This document shows positions 26,910 through 32,000 of a DNA stretch of 32,000 nt, one piece after another. The position numbers and the translations under genes were made by a program. The notes under the pieces are model-generated. The model had not been told where the DNA came from, made no database searches, and saw only the letters and a program-made list of their open reading frames with translations. The DNA lies in assembly GCF_900167395.1 (NCBI RefSeq), contig NZ_FUWK01000007.1:30001-62000 (forward strand). The letters run 5' to 3'. This DNA comes from Nitrosomonas europaea (GTDB lineage: Bacteria > Pseudomonadota > Gammaproteobacteria > Burkholderiales > Nitrosomonadaceae). The stretch's first letter is position 1; each line of letters begins with the position of its first letter.

Positions 26910-28298
26910 TCACACCTCTGTCATTTTTTGTGGGTCAACCCATACATCGAATTGTTCTGCGGTGACATAACCCAGCCTGATTGCGGCTTCTTTTAATGTC
27001 AGCATTTCATGATGGGCTTTTTTGGCTATTTCTGCTGCTTTGTCGTAACCAATGTGAGGATTGAGCGCGGTTACCAGCATCAGAGACTCCTGTAAATGCT
27101 GCTTGATTCGTACTGTATTGGCCGTAATACCGGCTGCGCAATGGGTGTTGAAGCTTTCTGCACCATCTGCGAGCAAACGTGTACTTTGTAAAAAATTGTG
27201 AATGATCAGTGGTTTCATGGTATTGAGTTCGAAATTTCCCATGGCGCCTCCCAGATTGATTGCAACATCATTGCCCATGACCTGACAGGCAAGCATGACA
27301 ACTGCTTCCGATTGGGTAGGATTGACTTTTCCGGGCATGATCGAACTGCCGGGTTCGTTCTCCGGGATAAGGATTTCACCAATACCGCAACGCGGGCCGG
27401 ATGCCAGCCAGCGGACGTCATTGGCAATTTTGATCAGTATAGCTGCTAGTGTTTTCAGCACCCCATGCGCATGGACCAGTGCATCATGCGCGGCCAGTGC
27501 CTCAAATTTATTGGCAGCTGTTATAAAAGGATAGCCGCTGAGGCGTGCAATTTCTGCCGCGACACGGCGTGCAAATTCCGGATGGGTGTTGAGACCGGTA
27601 CCTACGGCTGTCCCCCCCAGCGCCAGTTCGAGCAGATGCGGCAGCGCAGATTCGAGATGAGCCAGGCCATGATCGAGCTGTGAAACATAGCCTGAAAATT
27701 CCTGCCCCAGTGTAAGCGGGGTGGCATCCTGCAAATGTGTGCGGCCGATCTTGACGATATCCGAAAATGCTGCCGATTTGGAAGATAATGTTTTACGTAG
27801 TGCTTCCAGTGCCGGAATCAACCGGTTGCGGATGGCTTCCACGGCAGCAATGTGCATGGCAGTGGGAAAAACGTCATTGGAAGATTGTCCTTTGTTGACA
27901 TGGTCGTTAGGGTGCACCTTGCGACCTTTGCCCCGTGTACCGCCCAGAATTTCCGAAGCGCGGTTGGCCAGCACCTCGTTCATGTTCATATTGGTTTGTG
28001 TGCCGGAACCGGTTTGCCAAACTACCAACGGAAATTCGCCGGCGTGTTCTCCTGCCAGCACTTCATCGGCAGCGGTGATGATTGCCCGGGCGATGTTCTC
28101 GTCCAGTAATCCCAGATCATGATTGACACTGGCAGCGGCGCGTTTGACCAGCGCCAGTGCGTGGATCAGGGCTGACGGCATGCGTTCGCCCGAGATATTG
28201 AAGTTGTTGAGCGATCGTTGTGTCTGCGCACCCCAGAGGGCGCTGGCAGGCACCTGTACTGTGCCTATTGCATCATGTTCTTCGCGATACTGGTCCAT
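26910..28298 (-). CDS. fumC: Class II fumarate hydratase
   Basis: 462-aa ORF with the fumarate lyase signature [13 protein letters not shown] and the typical N-terminus ([23 protein letters not shown]). Confidence 0.95.
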   Translation of the reverse strand: MDQYREEHDAIGTVQVPASALWGAQTQRSLNNFNISGERMPSALIHALALVKRAAASVNHDLGLLDENIARAIITAADEVLAGEHAGEFPLVVWQTGSGTQTNMNMNEVLANRASEILGGTRGKGRKVHPNDHVNKGQSSNDVFPTAMHIAAVEAIRNRLIPALEALRKTLSSKSAAFSDIVKIGRTHLQDATPLTLGQEFSGYVSQLDHGLAHLESALPHLLELALGGTAVGTGLNTHPEFARRVAAEIARLSGYPFITAANKFEALAAHDALVHAHGVLKTLAAILIKIANDVRWLASGPRCGIGEILIPENEPGSSIMPGKVNPTQSEAVVMLACQVMGNDVAINLGGAMGNFELNTMKPLIIHNFLQSTRLLADGAESFNTHCAAGITANTVRIKQHLQESLMLVTALNPHIGYDKAAEIAKKAHHEMLTLKEAAIRLGYVTAEQFDVWVDPQKMTEV

Positions 28299-28343
28299 GG
28301 TAGTTTTCCAGAAAAAGTTAGCGGGTTTTGTGGAAAAGAATGA

Positions 28344-28763
28344 TCAGCCGTGGGTATTGAATTGCTGTTCAAACACTTCGAGTAATACTGGTGGCTGGGG
28401 CTGCCATCCTTTCTTACGATGTTCCGCGACGACATTGGTGAAAATACCCCCGCGCACATAGAATTTCGAAGTCAGCCGGATAAAACGGGGTTTCATGGCG
28501 GCCACCAGATCATCCAGAATCCGGTTGGTCACTGCTTCGTGGAAAGCGCCTTCATCACGGTATGACCAGATGTAGAGCTTGAGACTCTTGAGTTCGATAC
28601 ATTTTTTGTCGGGAATATAATCCAGCGTCAGTCGTGCAAAATCCGGCTGTCCGGTTTTGGGGCAGAGGCAGGTAAATTCCGGTATTTCCATGTGAATCCG
28701 GTAATCACGTGTCTGGACGGGATTTTCGAAGGTTTCCAGTTGTTTTGAAGGCTGTGTGGTCAT
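28344..28763 (-). CDS. queF: NADPH-dependent 7-cyano-7-deazaguanine (preQ0) reductase, unimodular type
   Basis: 139-aa ORF. It has the catalytic Cys context [15 protein letters not shown] and the QueF motif [14 protein letters not shown]. Confidence 0.9.
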   Translation of the reverse strand: MTTQPSKQLETFENPVQTRDYRIHMEIPEFTCLCPKTGQPDFARLTLDYIPDKKCIELKSLKLYIWSYRDEGAFHEAVTNRILDDLVAAMKPRFIRLTSKFYVRGGIFTNVVAEHRKKGWQPQPPVLLEVFEQQFNTHG

Positions 28764-28786
28764 GGTTTCCTTGGTTCTTTCAGTTC

Positions 28787-28817
28787 CTGGTTTTTCTAAA
28801 TCATTTAGAATAACCAG
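28787..28817. repeat. 31-nt near-perfect inverted repeat in the queF/smc divergent intergenic region
   Basis: CTGGTTTTTCTAAA-tca-TTTAGAATAACCAG has 14-nt arms matching 13/14 (one T-T mismatch). Coordinates are anchored on the queF ATG (28763) and the 28829..29119 minus-strand ORF. The right arm contains TAGAAT (28806-28811) on the plus strand. The left arm gives TAGAAA on the minus strand. Confidence 0.7.
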
Positions 28818-28850
28818 TTAGCTCAAAATTATAACCTGTTACCTTCCAAA

Positions 28851-31800
28851 TTGCGCCTGACCGAAATCAAACTGGCCGGTTTCAAAACATTCGTTGATCC
28901 TGCGGTGGTGCCTGTACCGGGGAATCTGGTCGGAATCGTTGGGCCGAATGGTTGCGGCAAATCCAATGTCATCGATGCGGTACGCTGGGTGCTAGGGGAA
29001 TCACGCGCCTCAGCATTACGGGGGGAGTCACTGCAGGATGTGATTTTCAACGGATCCGCCACGCGCAAGCCGATCGGCCGGGCCAGTGTCGAACTGGTAT
29101 TCGATAACAGCTCGGGCAAAGCGGCGGGCCAGTGGAAATCCTACAGTGAAATAGCCATCAGGCGCGTGATTCAGCGCGATGGGGAATCATCCTATTACAT
29201 CAATAATATTCATGTGCGCCGGCGGGATATCACCGACATGTTCCTGGGAACGGGTGTCAGCGGGCGCGGTTACGCCATCATCGAACAGGGGATGATTTCC
29301 CGCATTATCGAGGCCAGGCCGCAGGAGCTGCGCACTTTTCTCGAAGAAGCAGCCGGCATTACCCGATACCACGAAAAGCGCCATGAAACCGGGCTGCGCC
29401 TGGCTGATGCACGTGGCAACCTGCAGCGTGTGGACGATATTCTCGAAGAGCTGGACAAACAGCAGCAGCATCTTGAAGCACAGGCGGAATGTGCGGTCCG
29501 TTATCAGGATTTGCATAGGCAGTTGACTGCCGCGCAACATACACTCTGGACGTTGCATAAGCAGCAGGCCGCCGAATCACGACACCAGGCACAGGTAGAG
29601 GTTGAACGCTTGGTGCAGGAAATGGAAACCATCCGATCCGGTATGCAGGAAACAGGCGAAAAGCTGGATGAGTTGCGCCTGTACCACCGGGTGGTGAATG
29701 ATCGTCAGCATCAGATTCAGGGAGCGTTGTATGCTGCCAATGGTGAAATTGCGCGTATCGAACAAAACATCCGGCATATTCGTGCAAACAGAGAGCAGCT
29801 CGATCGTCAGCTTGCTGAAGCTGAACTGCAACTGCAGAACCACGAGCAGCAACTGAACGAAGTCAACGAAAACCTGACGTCCTGGCAGGATAAACTGGAG
29901 CAGGCGAAAAATTGTCACTTGTCCTGCAAAGAGGAACATATCGTGGAAGCCGGGAAGCTGCCGCAAATGGAATCGGCTGCGCAAGCAGACCAGGTGCGGT
30001 TGATCGGGTTGCGGGAAAAGCTGGCGCTGGCCAGACAGAATGAGAAATTGCTGCAAAACCAGCAGGCGTATGCCGAAAAAACGTTGCATCAGCTGGTGGT
30101 GCGTCGCGAACGCCTGCTGGAAGAGCAGTCGAGCCAGCCGGAGATCGATCCGGTGCAACTGGATGAGTTGCAGATGGAATCTGCAGAGCTTGCTGCCATG
30201 CTGGAGCAGAAGCAGCATTCACTCAGCACACTGGAAACGCAGGCGTATACCGTACAGCAGGAACGTGACGCGATCCTGCAAATCATTCAGTCGCTCGAGC
30301 GGGATATGGCTCGGGCAAATGCCCGGTGTGATGTTCTGCAACGCTTGCAGGATCAGATCGAAGATAACCAGGAGTTGAATGCGTGGATGGCCAGACTTCA
30401 GTTGAATCTGTTGCCGAGGCTGTGGCAGCAGATTTCGATTGAATCAGGCTGGGAAACGGCGCTGGAAGCCGTGCTGCGCGAGCGTATCCAGGCAGTTACC
30501 GTGGACCGGTTGGAACAGATGCTGGAGTGGGAAGCACAGCGGCCATCGGCAAAATGGGCCGTGTGCGAACTCGTTCCGGATCGACCAGTGAGCAATGACA
30601 CGGATCAACGAACATGGAAGCCACTCAGTACATTACTGAGTTGCCGCAGCCCGGCGGTGCAGGCCGTGCTGGGAAACTGGCTGTACGGTGTGTTCGTCAC
30701 TGACAGCCTGACAGCTGCGCTGGCTGACAGATCGCTGCTTACCAGCGGAGAGATGCTGGTAACAGCGGAAGGACACAGTATAACCAGTTGCGGAGTAAGC
30801 TACTTTGCGCCTGATTCTGCAGTGCATGGTATCTTGCAGCGTCAGCGCGAAATTGCTCAAATCAGGGAAGAATGCGAACAAATCGGACAGTCTGTTTTAT
30901 CCCAACAGCAGACGCTGGCTGCGGTGGAGCAGGATGATCAGCAGATCGCGGCGGATATCGTACAACTTCGTAAAGTGATCGAAGAAATCAGAACGCAGCA
31001 GCACGACCGGCAAATACAGATCGTACGGTTGACACAGCAAATAGAGCGTGTGGCGCAACAGCAGGCTCAACTTGAAATCGAACTGGCTGATCTGGCAGTG
31101 CAGATCGAAGAAGAATCATCACAGAAACAGCAGGCAGAAACAGAGCTCGTTGTGTGTGAGGCGGAAAGAGTAGAGCTGGAAGCTCAGGTAAATCAGGCAG
31201 AATCTGCCTGCCAGTCATCCGGGCGGGCACTGGCATCACAGCGATCACGGGTGCAGCGTTTATCGGACAGGTTACATGAAACGGCTTTCGGTGAGCAGGA
31301 TTGTCAGAACAGAGTCATCGATTGTGAACGGCGTATCGGTATGATTACCCGGAATAGCGTCATCCTGACTGAAAACATGCAAAGGTTGCAGCACGCTCGT
31401 GCTGATCTGGATGAATCGACACTGACAGCAGATACAGTACATTGGCAGATACAGCGCGATCAGCATGAACAGGCGCTGATGGCAGTTCGGCACGAGCTGG
31501 AAAATATGGACGATACATTGCGGGAAATGGAACAGGCCCGGATGTATGCTGAACAACGGCTGCAAGAATGTGGTGAGGCGGTTGGTCAGGCGCGGCTCCG
31601 TGAGCAGGAAGCGGAAATGACCGAAGCCCGGTTTGCAGACAAGCTGGCGGAATCAGGTGAAACTATGCTGGAAATGGTGCCGCAGTTCGTCAATGAATCG
31701 CCAGCAAAACTGCAAACACGTATCAACCGGCTTACCGGGGAGGTCACTGCTCTCGGGCCGGTCAACCTGGCAGCGTTACAGGAGCTGGAGGCATTGAAAT

Positions 31801-32000
31801 CACGCCGGATTCATCTCGAAGAACAATCTCATGATTTACGTGAAGCCATTACGACACTGGAGCAGGCCATTCGTCAGATCGATCGTGAAACCCGGGAGCG
31901 TTTGCAGGAAACATTCGATCAGGTCAATCAGAATCTTGCCGGGTTGTTTGCTTCCATTTTTGGTGGAGGGGTTGCGGAGCTGGTGTTGAGTGGTGAGGAT
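28851..32000 (+). CDS. smc: Chromosome segregation protein SMC (first 1050 codons; 3' end outside window)
   Basis: TTG start, reading (M)RLTEIKLAGFKTFVDP...GIVGPNGCGKSNVIDAVRWVLGE (Walker A). Long Q/E/L-rich coiled coils follow, with a hinge-like segment around 30400-30850. The C-terminal LGPVNLAALQE...IDRETRERLQETFDQVN...FGGGVAELVL runs into the window edge. It is absent from the ORF track only because no stop falls inside the window. My hand translation found no in-frame stop. Confidence 0.9.
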   Translation, partial: MRLTEIKLAGFKTFVDPAVVPVPGNLVGIVGPNGCGKSNVIDAVRWVLGESRASALRGESLQDVIFNGSATRKPIGRASVELVFDNSSGKAAGQWKSYSEIAIRRVIQRDGESSYYINNIHVRRRDITDMFLGTGVSGRGYAIIEQGMISRIIEARPQELRTFLEEAAGITRYHEKRHETGLRLADARGNLQRVDDILEELDKQQQHLEAQAECAVRYQDLHRQLTAAQHTLWTLHKQQAAESRHQAQVEVERLVQEMETIRSGMQETGEKLDELRLYHRVVNDRQHQIQGALYAANGEIARIEQNIRHIRANREQLDRQLAEAELQLQNHEQQLNEVNENLTSWQDKLEQAKNCHLSCKEEHIVEAGKLPQMESAAQADQVRLIGLREKLALARQNEKLLQNQQAYAEKTLHQLVVRRERLLEEQSSQPEIDPVQLDELQMESAELAAMLEQKQHSLSTLETQAYTVQQERDAILQIIQSLERDMARANARCDVLQRLQDQIEDNQELNAWMARLQLNLLPRLWQQISIESGWETALEAVLRERIQAVTVDRLEQMLEWEAQRPSAKWAVCELVPDRPVSNDTDQRTWKPLSTLLSCRSPAVQAVLGNWLYGVFVTDSLTAALADRSLLTSGEMLVTAEGHSITSCGVSYFAPDSAVHGILQRQREIAQIREECEQIGQSVLSQQQTLAAVEQDDQQIAADIVQLRKVIEEIRTQQHDRQIQIVRLTQQIERVAQQQAQLEIELADLAVQIEEESSQKQQAETELVVCEAERVELEAQVNQAESACQSSGRALASQRSRVQRLSDRLHETAFGEQDCQNRVIDCERRIGMITRNSVILTENMQRLQHARADLDESTLTADTVHWQIQRDQHEQALMAVRHELENMDDTLREMEQARMYAEQRLQECGEAVGQARLREQEAEMTEARFADKLAESGETMLEMVPQFVNESPAKLQTRINRLTGEVTALGPVNLAALQELEALKSRRIHLEEQSHDLREAITTLEQAIRQIDRETRERLQETFDQVNQNLAGLFASIFGGGVAELVLSGED

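Noticed and set aside
28764-28833. preQ1 riboswitch in the queF leader.
   Set aside because: The long AU-rich hairpin does not resemble the short P1 stem plus A-rich tail of preQ1-I, as far as I can recall it. Only an Infernal scan could settle this.
28851-32000. Suspicion that smc is broken, because no plus-strand ORF is listed here and my first hand indexing suggested a frame change.
   Set aside because: I re-anchored coordinates on the 28829..29119 minus-strand ORF and on the window end. This puts the TTG start (28851) and the last codon (31998-32000) in the same frame. The ORF is unlisted only because it has no stop inside the window.
1-32000. tRNA/rRNA genes, CRISPR arrays, IS elements, integrases or att-like direct repeats that could delimit the R-M locus as a mobile island.
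   Set aside because: I found none by eye. The left border of the locus is outside the window, so mobility cannot be assessed here.

Overview
Proteobacteria-like chromosomal window with about 29 protein genes. I saw no rRNA, tRNA, CRISPR array, IS element or integrase. All assignments come from motifs I recognise by eye, because no searches were run. Nucleotide-level coordinates are anchored on ORF-track offsets.

(1) nt 2-7958 is a plus-strand operon of five translationally coupled genes. In order: a 5'-truncated coiled-coil SMC/ABC-type ATPase, a type III Mod methyltransferase, a DUF1016/YhcG PD-(D/E)xK nuclease, a RhuM-family protein, and a type III Res helicase-nuclease. It has three consecutive ATGA stop/start overlaps and a sharp GC step inside mod.

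(2) Ordinary genes follow:
- DUF488, ycaC and a Rieske/FAD reductase on the minus strand
- trmL and comF
- the biotin operon bioB-F-H-C-D
- pip
- a patatin-like gene and terC
- usp

(3) nt 20793-26324 is a nucleotide second-messenger cluster. It holds a class II cNMP phosphodiesterase-like gene, a GAF + T2SSE_N-like + GspE/PilB-type ATPase with no secretion or pilus partners nearby, a GGDEF cyclase with an I-site, and an EAL-HDOD gene split by one extra T in a T8 run.

(4) An AT-rich gap contains a 46-codon membrane-peptide ORF that is not in the ORF track. It has a consensus Shine-Dalgarno (SD) sequence and an intrinsic terminator.

(5) The window ends with fumC, queF, a 31-nt near-palindrome, and the first 1050 codons of smc (TTG start, open to the window end).

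The best candidate for something new is the elaborated type III R-M operon (ATPase + Mod + DUF1016 + RhuM + Res). The orphan GAF-ATPase signalling cluster and the frameshifted EAL-HDOD gene come second.
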